Assembly (NCBI GenBank): GCA_963667465.2
Contig: CAXXDN010000002.1
Location: 1,120,001 to 1,184,000, forward strand
Length of the DNA stretch: 64,000 nt
Source: Dehalococcoidia bacterium
Lineage (GTDB): Bacteria > Chloroflexota > Dehalococcoidia > UBA2979
Direction: 5' to 3'
Below the pieces are notes generated by a model that was given only the letters and a program-made list of their open reading frames with translations, ran no database searches and was not told the DNA's origin. Positions 18,090 to 26,964 of the stretch are shown here, piece after piece (position 1 is the first letter of the stretch; the number at the start of each line of letters is the position of its first letter). Both the position numbers and the translations under genes were made by a program.

Positions 18090-19229
18090 TCAATAGACGC
18101 CGGGGAAGATCCGGTACTTCACGCGGGCCTGGTACTCCGCCCACTTCCCGGCGCCGTACTTCTCCGCGCAGTACCCATCGTCGAAGCGCTGCCGGAAGGT
18201 GAACAGCGTGACGATGAAGGCGAAGTAGGTCCAGGCCCAGGGATTGGCGAAGTGGCCGAATACCAGTGCAATGGACAGGGACAGGAACCCCTCGCCCATG
18301 TAGTTGAAGTGGCGGGCGACCCCCCAGAAGCCACTGGTGAGGATCTTGCGGTCGCCGGCCGCGATGTACTCGGGTTCGATCAGACCGAGGAACTTGCGCT
18401 CCGGCCAGCGCTTGAACGTGTACTTCTGCAGGTTGGCGCCGCGCGAGATGCCCCACCCGAGCAGGAACAGCGTCGCCGTCCCGATCAGCCAGACATACGT
18501 CCATGCCGTCGAGAATCCGGGGTCCGGATGGGCGGCCATGCCCCACAGCGGGAGGATGAACAGCCACCCGTAGACGATGAGGCCGCCCCAGAACAGCTTG
18601 AAGCCGAGATTCTCGTGGATCAGGTCGTAGGTGTAGAGCTGGACGCGCTCGAAGATGAAGTAGTCGAGGATGTAGAACGTGAAGAACGCCGCGTAGAGGT
18701 ACACGCCCGGGTTGGCGTTGTCGCCGAAGAGTTCGTGGTGGTACGCGGCCCCGGAGAGGGCATTGAGCGCCAACATCGTCCCGCCGACGACGTAGAACCA
18801 CATCTTGATATCGATCCGCTCGTTGAAGAACGACAGCTCCTGGGCCCGCCCGTCCCACAGATCGACGATGAAGTTTCGTTCCTCGCGCTTCGGCTGGGTA
18901 TAGACCGCGATGACCGTGAAGATCGTCGCGAAGACCGTTCCCCCCGCCACGGCATAGACCGAGGCCCGGTAGAACCAGTCACGCGGTATCCCGGTGATCT
19001 CGGTCCACCAGACGATCAGCGCGATCGCAAACACGAGCAGCCCGTTGAGCCGATAGTTGCGAGGCTCACCCGTCGCCGTGTTGATGACGTAGCCGGGCAC
19101 GCGCCTGGCCGGTAGCAGGAACTGCGCCACGAAGAACACGGCGAAGATCGCCAGCGGGCTGAAGAACGCGACGATTGCTTCCGTCCGGGAAAGCTCGAAC
19201 AGGTGAGCAATCCCAAGCCAGTCGATCAT
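18090..19229 (-). CDS. ERG4/ERG24-family sterol reductase (delta14-sterol / 7-dehydrocholesterol reductase-like)
   Basis: YRLNGL, ENLGFKLFWG, ANLQKY.FK, ILTSGFWGVARHFNYMGE, RQRFDD..CAEKYG..W.EY..RVKYRIFPGVY. Confidence 0.88.
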   Translation of the reverse strand: MIDWLGIAHLFELSRTEAIVAFFSPLAIFAVFFVAQFLLPARRVPGYVINTATGEPRNYRLNGLLVFAIALIVWWTEITGIPRDWFYRASVYAVAGGTVFATIFTVIAVYTQPKREERNFIVDLWDGRAQELSFFNERIDIKMWFYVVGGTMLALNALSGAAYHHELFGDNANPGVYLYAAFFTFYILDYFIFERVQLYTYDLIHENLGFKLFWGGLIVYGWLFILPLWGMAAHPDPGFSTAWTYVWLIGTATLFLLGWGISRGANLQKYTFKRWPERKFLGLIEPEYIAAGDRKILTSGFWGVARHFNYMGEGFLSLSIALVFGHFANPWAWTYFAFIVTLFTFRQRFDDGYCAEKYGAGKWAEYQARVKYRIFPGVY

Positions 19230-19334
19230 GATCGGAGAACCCTTCGCGGTGTGCTGCAGCTGGGTGTGAGTCTACCCGTGGCGCGATCGCGGTGCCCGTA
19301 TAGTGCCTCCCACGAGACCTGAGCGCGGAGGTGC

Positions 19335-20174
19335 GTGATGCGTGAGCTGGACGGGCGCGTCGCCCTCGTGACGGGCGGAGGCAGCGGCATCGGCCGCGGG
19401 ATCGCGATCGCGCTGGCCGGCGCGGGTATGCGCCTGGTGCTCGCCGACATCGAGCCGGACGCCGCCACAGCGGTCGCGGCGGAGATTGCCGCCTCTGGCG
19501 GCGAGGCGAGCGCTGAGACCCTCGATGTCACCGACCCGGAAGCCGTCGAGGCGCTGGCCGAGCGTTGCTACGGGCAGCACGGCGGCGTGGACGTGCTGTG
19601 CAACAACGCGGGCGTCCTGGGCCCCACGCCGGCCGGACCGGACAGCCTCGACAACTGGCGCTGGGTCCTCGACGTCAACGTCCTCGGCGTCGTGCATGTA
19701 ACCAACGCCTTCGTGCCGCGCATGCGCGCGAGCGTCGGCGAGCGGGGCGGGGAGGCACACGTGGTCAACACCGCCTCGATCGGCGGCCTGATCGCGGGTG
19801 ACAGGTGGCTGATCAGCGCCTACATCGCCTCGAAGTTCGCGGTGGTGGGCCTGAGCCGGAACCTGCGCGGCGAGCTGGCAGGCAGCGGCATCGGCGTCTC
19901 GGTGGTCTGCCCCGGCGGCGTCGAGACGCGCATCTGGGAGGCCGGACGCAACCGGCCCGCTGAATACGGTGGGCCCGAGGCGTACGAGTGGCCGGACCGC
20001 ATCGCCCGATCGCGGCCGATTGACCCGCTGCTGGTCGGACGTCACGTGCTGCGGGCGATCCGCGAGGACGAGTTCTTCGTGATCACTCACACGGAAGGGC
20101 GGGGGACCATCGAGGCAGACGCGCGCGAAGTGATCGAGGCGTTTGATCGCGCGGACCGGGATCCGCTCGACTAA
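19335..20174 (+). CDS. Short-chain dehydrogenase/reductase, paralogue 3
   Basis: TGGGSGIG, LCNNAG, NTAS, YIASK. Confidence 0.92.
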   Translation: MMRELDGRVALVTGGGSGIGRGIAIALAGAGMRLVLADIEPDAATAVAAEIAASGGEASAETLDVTDPEAVEALAERCYGQHGGVDVLCNNAGVLGPTPAGPDSLDNWRWVLDVNVLGVVHVTNAFVPRMRASVGERGGEAHVVNTASIGGLIAGDRWLISAYIASKFAVVGLSRNLRGELAGSGIGVSVVCPGGVETRIWEAGRNRPAEYGGPEAYEWPDRIARSRPIDPLLVGRHVLRAIREDEFFVITHTEGRGTIEADAREVIEAFDRADRDPLD

Positions 20175-20208
20175 GCATCGAGGGCTGCGGACATGGGAGG
20201 GTTGCAAG

Positions 20209-21036
20209 ATGAAGGAAGCTATTCGCGCGCACGTCATCGCCGGGGGCTTCCCGCCGGGTAGGCCCGCCGGGCACGACCACGACTACGCACGGCTGCGCAT
20301 CCTCGAGCAGCTCAAAGAGCGTGACTACGTCCACACCACCGTCTCCGGGGACTACACGGACATCGAGAAGTGGCTGCCCGATTGCAAGTTGCTCGTCACC
20401 TACGTCGCCGGGCCCTTCGCCGACGAGCACGGCAACACGGTGCTGCGCCAGTGGATCGAGGCCGGGGGCCGCTGGCTGGCGCTGCACGGCAGCAGTGGCG
20501 GCAAGGCAGTGCGCCGAACCGATACGACCAAGCGCGAGATGGTGAAGCTGCCCTACCACGACACGCTCGGAGGCTTCTTCCTCAGCCACCCGCCAATCCG
20601 CAAGTTCCGCGTCGACCTCGTGGACGCGCAGCACCCGCTGACCCGCGGCCTGCCCGAGTCCTTCGAGACGATCGATGAGCCATACATGGTCGAGCTGCAG
20701 GCGCCGGAGCGCAGCCAGCTGCTGCTCACCGCCGACTGGGGCGAGGTCGACCCGAACGCGCCGACCGGCTTCTACTTCGAACGCGACACGACGCTGCTCC
20801 CGAACGGCGGCAGCACGAAGCGAGCAATCGCCTTCGTGCGAGAGCTTGGCGCGGGCGGCGTCGCCTACACCACGCTCGGCCACTGCCACACGCCGACGAC
20901 GAACACCCAGCGCCTCGTACACGAGAATGTCGCGGCAGATCGCAAGCCGCCGCTGCACCTGCTCGGCTCGTGGGAGACCGAGGGCTTCCGCACGCTGCTG
21001 CGCAACGGCATCGCCTGGGGCCTCGGCGAGGACTAG
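20209..21036 (+). CDS. ThuA-like (class I glutamine amidotransferase-like) domain protein
   Basis: GGRWLALHG, LGGFFLSHPP, HPLTRGLPESFETIDEPY, G.VAYTTLGH, LRNGIAW. Confidence 0.8.
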   Translation: MKEAIRAHVIAGGFPPGRPAGHDHDYARLRILEQLKERDYVHTTVSGDYTDIEKWLPDCKLLVTYVAGPFADEHGNTVLRQWIEAGGRWLALHGSSGGKAVRRTDTTKREMVKLPYHDTLGGFFLSHPPIRKFRVDLVDAQHPLTRGLPESFETIDEPYMVELQAPERSQLLLTADWGEVDPNAPTGFYFERDTTLLPNGGSTKRAIAFVRELGAGGVAYTTLGHCHTPTTNTQRLVHENVAADRKPPLHLLGSWETEGFRTLLRNGIAWGLGED

Positions 21037-21089
21037 CATGTCCGGGCCCCGGCTGCCCGCGAGGAGGCGCACATGACTGGCGGATCGCG

Positions 21090-22403
21090 CTGACGACGGC
21101 GACGCGACGCCCCCGCGTCTTCTGGGGCTGGTGGATCTTCGCGGCCGCGATCGTCGGGCAGTTCGTGACGATCGGCTTCGCCGCACAGGTCATCGGCGTG
21201 TTCCTCGTGCCGATGACCGAGGACCTCGGTTGGTCTCGCTCCGAGTTCGTGCTGGCCTCGTCGCTCGGCTTCGGGATCGGCGCGATCACCGGGATGCTGA
21301 TCGGCCCGCTGATCGACCGCTACGGCGCGCGGCCAATCATGCTCGTCGGGACGACGATCAGCGGCCTCGCGCTGGTCGGCGTCTCGCAGGTCGAGGAGCT
21401 GTGGGAGTTCATCCTTGTGCGCGGCGCGCTCACGCAAATCGGCCTCTTCATGATCGGCCCGTTCGTGGTCAACACCACGCTCTCCAAGTGGTTCGTCATC
21501 AACCGCGGGCGCGTGATCGCGCTTGCCTCGCTCGGCACGGGGATCGGCGGGATCATCCCGCCGCTCGTGCTCACGCCGATCGTCGATGGCGCCGGCTGGG
21601 AGCTCGGCTGGGTGGTGATGGGCATCACCACGCTGGTGCTGATGTACCCGTCCTCGCTCGTCATGCGCAGACAGCCGGAGGACTACGGGTTACTCCCCGA
21701 CGGCAAGACCGGCGACGAGGAACCAACGGCGCACGAGCTCGAGCAACTGGAGCTGATGCGGCAGGACTTCGACAACTCCTACACGCGCGGCGAGGCGCTG
21801 CGCACGCGCTCCATGTGGCTGCTCGTCTTCGGCTTTGCCTTCGCCGTGGCGGCGGTGGCGATCATGTACTCGCACGTGATCCCGTTCATGACCGACGTCG
21901 GCTACACGCGCTCCCAGGCGGCCGTTGCCTTCGCAGTCCAGGGTTCGTTCGCGCTGGTCTCGAAGTTCTACTGGGCCTGGGTCGTACAGAAGCACTCGCC
22001 GCGCGTCCTGACCGTGCTGACGATGGTGCTGATGGGTATCTCGACGGCGTTCCTGGTCCCCGCCGCGGACAGCGGGTACAGCGCTCTGCTTGTGGTATTC
22101 GCCGTGTTCGGCTTCGGGATCGGCGGTATGTTCCCGCTCTTCGACTTCATCTGGGCCTGGTACTTCGGGCGACAGCACATCGGGGCGGTGCGCAGCATGG
22201 GATTTCCGGTCAGCGTCGTAATCGCCGTGACAGGGCCGATCCTGACCGGGATCTACTACGACTCGGTCGGCAACTACCGGGGCGCGTTCTTTACCCTCGC
22301 GGTCCTCCTCGGCCTCGGCTCGGTGCTGATCCTCGCCTCACGCAAGCCCCCGGCGAAGGCCGCCCTCGAACCCGCCGAGGCGCGTGCCGCAGCCGCGGGC
22401 TAG
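21090..22403 (+). CDS. MFS transporter (start ambiguous, see findings)
   Basis: FWGWWI, DLGWSRSE, GPLIDRYGAR, KWF..RGR, PEDYGLLPDG; about 12 TM segments. Confidence 0.85.
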   Translation: MTTATRRPRVFWGWWIFAAAIVGQFVTIGFAAQVIGVFLVPMTEDLGWSRSEFVLASSLGFGIGAITGMLIGPLIDRYGARPIMLVGTTISGLALVGVSQVEELWEFILVRGALTQIGLFMIGPFVVNTTLSKWFVINRGRVIALASLGTGIGGIIPPLVLTPIVDGAGWELGWVVMGITTLVLMYPSSLVMRRQPEDYGLLPDGKTGDEEPTAHELEQLELMRQDFDNSYTRGEALRTRSMWLLVFGFAFAVAAVAIMYSHVIPFMTDVGYTRSQAAVAFAVQGSFALVSKFYWAWVVQKHSPRVLTVLTMVLMGISTAFLVPAADSGYSALLVVFAVFGFGIGGMFPLFDFIWAWYFGRQHIGAVRSMGFPVSVVIAVTGPILTGIYYDSVGNYRGAFFTLAVLLGLGSVLILASRKPPAKAALEPAEARAAAAG

Positions 22404-22444
22404 CCCCGCGCCCGCCGACCGTCGATCGCGCTATCGTGACCGCG

Positions 22445-23146
22445 ATGATCGACACAGTACTGTTCGACCTCGACGGGACGTTGCGCGACTGGGAAGCGGG
22501 CATCTCGCGGGCGCTCGCCGATCTGCGAGCCGAGGCGCCGGGGACGCTCCCTGAGGAGCTGCGCGAGGACCTCGACGCCCGCATCTGGCGTGCGATCGAC
22601 GAGCAGCTCGTTGTGCGCCGCGACGGGCGCGTCATGGAGCGGCGGCACTACTGGATCGACATCGACCCGATCCCTGTCTGGCGCACGCTGCTCCCCGACC
22701 TTCACCAACGCTCCCTCGACAAGCTGCTGGCCCGCTTCCGCGAGCTGATCGACGCCGTGCCCTTCGCCGATGTCTACCCCGCCCTCGAACAGTTGCGCGA
22801 GGGCTACGCGCTGGGCGTGCTGACCAACGGGCCGCGGCCGGAGTCCGTGCTGCGGCGCATGGGCTTCGCCCACTATTTCGACGCGATCGTGACGGTCTTC
22901 GGAGGGATCAAGAAGCCGGCGGGCGCGGCATTCGAGGGCGCACTCGACGCGCTCGGCGCGGAACCGGCGACGACGGCTCACGTCGGCGACAGCCTGATCG
23001 CGGACGTGCAGGGCGCGCTCAGCGCCGGCCTCACCCCGATCTGGATCGACCGCTTCGGCGATGACAACCCGCTGCCCGAGGGCGCGCATCGCATCGAGTC
23101 GTTGACAGAGCTGCCGGAGCTGCTCGCCTCACTCGCCGAGGGGTAG
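22445..23146 (+). CDS. HAD-superfamily hydrolase
   Basis: VLFDLDGTL, LTNG, KKP, HVGDSLIADVQGA. Confidence 0.9.
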   Translation: MIDTVLFDLDGTLRDWEAGISRALADLRAEAPGTLPEELREDLDARIWRAIDEQLVVRRDGRVMERRHYWIDIDPIPVWRTLLPDLHQRSLDKLLARFRELIDAVPFADVYPALEQLREGYALGVLTNGPRPESVLRRMGFAHYFDAIVTVFGGIKKPAGAAFEGALDALGAEPATTAHVGDSLIADVQGALSAGLTPIWIDRFGDDNPLPEGAHRIESLTELPELLASLAEG

Positions 23147-23181
23147 CCGCAGTGCGCGAAGCCTCGACCGGGGTGCGCCTG

Positions 23182-24525
23182 CTAATGGTGGCCCGCCGCG
23201 GTGGCGCCACTCGCCTCGGCGCTCGCCAACGGCCCGCGGCGCTGCGACGGCGGCGGGGCCGGTCGCGTTGAGGCGAGGAAGAGCAGCGAGCCGAGGCCTG
23301 CGACGAGCGCCAGGCCGATGAAGCCGCTGCGGTAGGAGCCGGTGAGGTCGTAGCTCAGCCCGGCGACGATCGGGCCCAGCACCATCCCGATGATGATGAT
23401 CAGCGACGAGAACCCCATCACTGTGCCGAACGAGGCGCGGCCGAAGTAGTCGGCGCGGATCGCCTGCGTCAGCGGGCCGCGCACGCCGAACGCGAGGCCG
23501 TGGATCACCGTGAAGGCGAGGGCGCCCCACAGCGAAATCCACAGCGTCAGCACGAGCAGCGACACCATGTGCCCGAGCATCGCCACCGTGAGGATGTAGC
23601 GCATCGGGAGCCGGTCGCCGAGGTAGCCGCCGCCGAGCATGCCGATCACGCTCGTCCCGGTCATCACCAGCAGCAGGTTCGCCGCCTGACCGAGCGAGTA
23701 GTCGAGGCTGTCCGTGACGTGCGAGACGAAGTGCACCATCACGGCGCCGACCACCAGCAGCGAGGCAGCGTGACCGAACGAGATCAGCCAGAAGGCGCGT
23801 GTCCTCAGCGCCTGCTGCAACGTGAAGTTGACCTCACCGGGGTCGAAATCACTCAGCCGGCCGTCGGCCGTCTGGTGCTGGAGCGGCGGGTCGCCGTCGA
23901 CACCGTAGCCGTACTGGGAGGGCCGGTGGCGCATGAAACTCGCGAGCGGCAAGCCGACGGCGATCACGATCAGCCCCGAGGCGATCGCGGTCTCGCGCCA
24001 GCCGATGTGCTCAAGCGACCACGCGACACCCGGCTGCAAGACACCACCGAAGGCGAAGCCAGCGGTGGCGATCCCGATCGCCAGCGCGCGCCTGCGATTA
24101 AACCAGTTCACGACCGCGACCATCATGCCCATCCCCGCACCGGCGCTCAGACCCAGCGCAATGACGATGAAGGCGAGATAGAACTCGGTGATGGTGTTGA
24201 TCTGGCTGAGCAGCAGGAACCCGAGCCCGAAGATCGTGATCCCGATCAGCATGATCCGCCGCGGACCGAATCGGTCGAGCGCCCAGCCCTGGATGGGGCC
24301 AAGCAGACCGGACTCGACCATCTGGATCGAGAAGGCGGCGGAGAGCGAGGTGCGGCTCCAGCCGAACTCGGCCTCCAGCACCACGACGTACTGCCCGAAG
24401 GCGTGGAACATCAGCCCGCCAAGGGTCGCGGAGAGCAGGAACCCTGCGGCCACGATGTACCAGCCGAAGAAGATGCGCCCGCCCCGCCTCGGCGTGGTGG
24501 GCAGGTCGGCCCGATCGAGCGTCAC
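23182..24525 (-). CDS. MFS transporter
   Basis: FFGWYIV, FGWSRT, GWALDRFGPR, NWFNRRRA, ADYFGR; hydrophobic. Confidence 0.9.
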   Translation of the reverse strand: MTLDRADLPTTPRRGGRIFFGWYIVAAGFLLSATLGGLMFHAFGQYVVVLEAEFGWSRTSLSAAFSIQMVESGLLGPIQGWALDRFGPRRIMLIGITIFGLGFLLLSQINTITEFYLAFIVIALGLSAGAGMGMMVAVVNWFNRRRALAIGIATAGFAFGGVLQPGVAWSLEHIGWRETAIASGLIVIAVGLPLASFMRHRPSQYGYGVDGDPPLQHQTADGRLSDFDPGEVNFTLQQALRTRAFWLISFGHAASLLVVGAVMVHFVSHVTDSLDYSLGQAANLLLVMTGTSVIGMLGGGYLGDRLPMRYILTVAMLGHMVSLLVLTLWISLWGALAFTVIHGLAFGVRGPLTQAIRADYFGRASFGTVMGFSSLIIIIGMVLGPIVAGLSYDLTGSYRSGFIGLALVAGLGSLLFLASTRPAPPPSQRRGPLASAEASGATAAGHH

Positions 24526-24630
24526 GGCCGCAACAGCGGCCCCGGCTCGCTGAGCGCCGTCGGGGGAGTGCTCGGGGTCAGCATGTTGCCCTCGATGATA
24601 GCGCGGCGAGTGCTACGGTCTGAGTACGGA

Positions 24631-24865
24631 TCATTCGACCACACCCAGCGCACCCCAGCTGCCTCCGTCTGGCCGCACGCTCGCCCGGATGTCGCCGTGG
24701 CGGACGCCCTCCCGGATCCGCATCTGGACGACGACACTGCGTTCATCGTCGAGCGTGTTGTCCGGAACCGATGGCCGCCGTGGCGGTGGCGCCGAGGGCA
24801 ATGAGCGCGACCAGCGTCGCGATCGCCAGCGTGGCCGTGACCGTGGTCCGCGGCAGGGCCTTCAC
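24631..24865 (-). pseudogene. Frameshifted relic of a secreted-protein gene
   Basis: GTG-start signal-peptide-like VKALPRTTVTATLAIATLVALIALGATATAA, then frame change to DNTLDDERSVVVQMRIREGVRHGDIRASVRPDGGSWGALGVVE*. Confidence 0.4.
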
Positions 24866-24961
24866 CTGACTCGCGGCCTGCAGCGCGCCTCGTCCATCCG
24901 CCCGGCGCCTCGCGGCGCTGATCGCCGCCGTGCCGAAGGACAGCCTGCGTCAGGCGAGCGG

Positions 24962-25534
24962 CTACCCCTCGCGGGCCAGGCGCTCGCGGTGCGCCTCGCG
25001 CAGGGTCTCGAGGGCGCCCTCGAGCAGCTTCGGGATCTTCGCGTCGCCGAACGAGTAGAAGTCATCCAGCGCGCGCTCGAGGCCGAAGGCGACGTTGAAG
25101 CGGTGCGCCGTGTCGTAGCGGCCGACGATCAGCGCCAGCTCCACGATCTGCTCGTCCGTGTAGTGCTCACGCAGCTGCTCCAGCAGTTCGCCGTCGATGC
25201 CCTGCGCGTGTGCGGCCACCCAGCGCTCCGTGAAGCGCAGCGCCAGCTTCGTCTTTTCCGGGAGATCCGAGGCCTCGAAGTCCTGGACCTTCGCGACCAT
25301 CTCCTCGTCCATGCCTTCCTGCTGCGCCGCAGCAGATCGACCGGGGATTCACCACTTGCAATCGTTGAGATTCGCCGACTTCAGCCGGCAGAGGTCGACC
25401 GTGACCGGGTCAATCGAGGTGAACTCCTGCCACGCCGCGTGGAACAGCGCGAACGCCATCTGCGTCTCGGGCGCCAGACTGCGCGGGTTCGGGATGGTCC
25501 TCGGGCTGGCTTCCGGGTCGTGCACCTGCGTCAT
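24962..25534 (-). CDS. AhpD/carboxymuconolactone decarboxylase-family protein, probable selenoprotein (CxxU), 190 aa with readthrough
   Basis: ORFs 25349-25534 and 24962-25312 are in frame across TGA 25349-25351: LCRLKSANLND-C-K-W-U-IPGR..; C-terminal half LALRFTE..LREHYTDEQIVEL is AhpD-like. Confidence 0.82.
25319..25335 (-). promoter_or_regulatory. Candidate bacterial SECIS hairpin of AhpD-like gene
   Basis: CTGCTGC-GGC-GCAGCAG starting 14 nt after the UGA; loop starts with G. Confidence 0.6.
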
Positions 25535-25563
25535 CGCGTCGCTCCCATTCTCGCGCCCCTTGC

Positions 25564-26223
25564 TTACGGCACCCAGATCCGCCGCGCCGCCTCGAGGCCG
25601 AGGACGAGCGGGCGACCGTTCAACTGAATTGTTACGGTTCCCCGATAGGGCGCAACCTCGATCACCTCGAAGCCCGCGCCGGGACGGATGCCTTCCTCGT
25701 CAAAGAAGCGCAGCAGCTCCTCGTCTTCCTCGTAGACCCGATCCACCGTCGCGCCAGCGCCCGCCTCGAGGTCCGTGAGGCGGCGCATGGAGAGCGGGTG
25801 GCCGTGGGTGGAGCCGGGGATGGGGTAGCCGAAGGGAGAGACCTTCGGGTTGCCGAGGCGCTCGACGATCAGCGGCTCGGTCACGTCCGAGATCGCGTGC
25901 TCCATCAGGTGCGCTTCCTCGTAGGCGCGCCACCACTCGAGGCCGAGCGTGTCCACCAGCAGGCACTCGGCGAGGCGGTGCCGCCGCACCATCTGCTCCG
26001 CCCTCGCGAAGCCGCTACCACTCAGCGAGATGCGCTTGCGCCCGTCGATCCGCACCAGCTTGTCGCGGCGCAGGCGCGTGAGCATACCCGCCGCCGAGGC
26101 CGGCTTGATGTCCAGCCGCTCGGCGACGCGGGCAGCGATCACTTCCTCCTGCTCGTCGTGCGAGAGGCGGTAGATCGTGGTCAGTGCGTCGTCGGCCGCG
26201 ACGTTGGTGACTTGCTTGGGCAT
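25564..26223 (-). CDS. DtxR/MntR-family metal-dependent repressor with C-terminal FeoA/SH3-like domain
   Basis: IYRL..VAERLDIKPASAAGML.RL, RRHRLAECLL, EEAHLMEHAIS, SPFGYPIP. Confidence 0.92.
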   Translation of the reverse strand: MPKQVTNVAADDALTTIYRLSHDEQEEVIAARVAERLDIKPASAAGMLTRLRRDKLVRIDGRKRISLSGSGFARAEQMVRRHRLAECLLVDTLGLEWWRAYEEAHLMEHAISDVTEPLIVERLGNPKVSPFGYPIPGSTHGHPLSMRRLTDLEAGAGATVDRVYEEDEELLRFFDEEGIRPGAGFEVIEVAPYRGTVTIQLNGRPLVLGLEAARRIWVP

Positions 26224-26250
26224 TGTCCCTCCGCGCCATGATACTCCATG

Positions 26251-26290
26251 CGCGATTGCGCCCTTGCACGGCTGCGGGGGCGCAATCGCG
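26251..26290. repeat. Long inverted repeat in divergent promoter region
   Basis: CGCGATTGCGCCC (26251-26263) / GGGCGCAATCGCG (26278-26290), extendable with G-U pairs. Confidence 0.8.
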
Positions 26291-26364
26291 GTGACGGCAG
26301 ACGTTGCGTCGATGACTGGTTATGATGACGTTCCATATTCCCGCCGTCCCAACCCGGAGGCGCG

Positions 26365-26949
26365 GTGACCATCGAAGAACGCCCCCGCCTCGACGCCGAG
26401 CAGGACGCCGTGCTCGGCCCACTCGTGCGCATCATCGAGGAGGCTGCGGACTCACAGCCGTGGGCGCTCATCGGCGCGGCGGCGGCCCAGCTTCAGGGCG
26501 TCGCGGTCAGCGCCGCCAATATCGAGTTCATCACCAGCGACCCCGCAATCCGGGAGCTCGCCGGGATGCTCGGCGTGGACGCGAACTGGGAGCGCGGCGC
26601 CTACCTGGCCGCATCGAGGCTGCAGTTCCAGCGCGGGCAGGTGCCCGTCTTCGTCCACGCGAACCCCACCTTCCACGGCGCGTACGACACGCTCACGCCG
26701 CTCGAGATTCCCTCGCTCTGGGACGCCCGCGCCCCGATCGCATTCGAGGGCGCCACCGTCCTCGCCACGCCGCTCGAGTGGGAGTTGCTGCTCGCCGTCG
26801 TGCTCGGCAACACGGGACGCAGCGAAGCAATCCGCAACCACATCGAGACCAGCGGCGAGTGCGACACTCGCCTGCTCACGCGCCTGATGCGCGAGGGCCA
26901 CGTGGAGCACGAGACCGAGGAAGCCGTCTGGGCGCTGATCGGGCGCTGA
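26365..26949 (+). CDS. Hypothetical protein, possibly degenerate nucleotidyltransferase fold
   Basis: GGAGG RBS; WALIGAAAAQLQGV..ANIEF resembles G-S-x-A..DxD NTase motif but lacks the acidic pair. Confidence 0.6.
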   Translation: MTIEERPRLDAEQDAVLGPLVRIIEEAADSQPWALIGAAAAQLQGVAVSAANIEFITSDPAIRELAGMLGVDANWERGAYLAASRLQFQRGQVPVFVHANPTFHGAYDTLTPLEIPSLWDARAPIAFEGATVLATPLEWELLLAVVLGNTGRSEAIRNHIETSGECDTRLLTRLMREGHVEHETEEAVWALIGR

Positions 26950-26964
26950 TCCGGACTGGACGCG

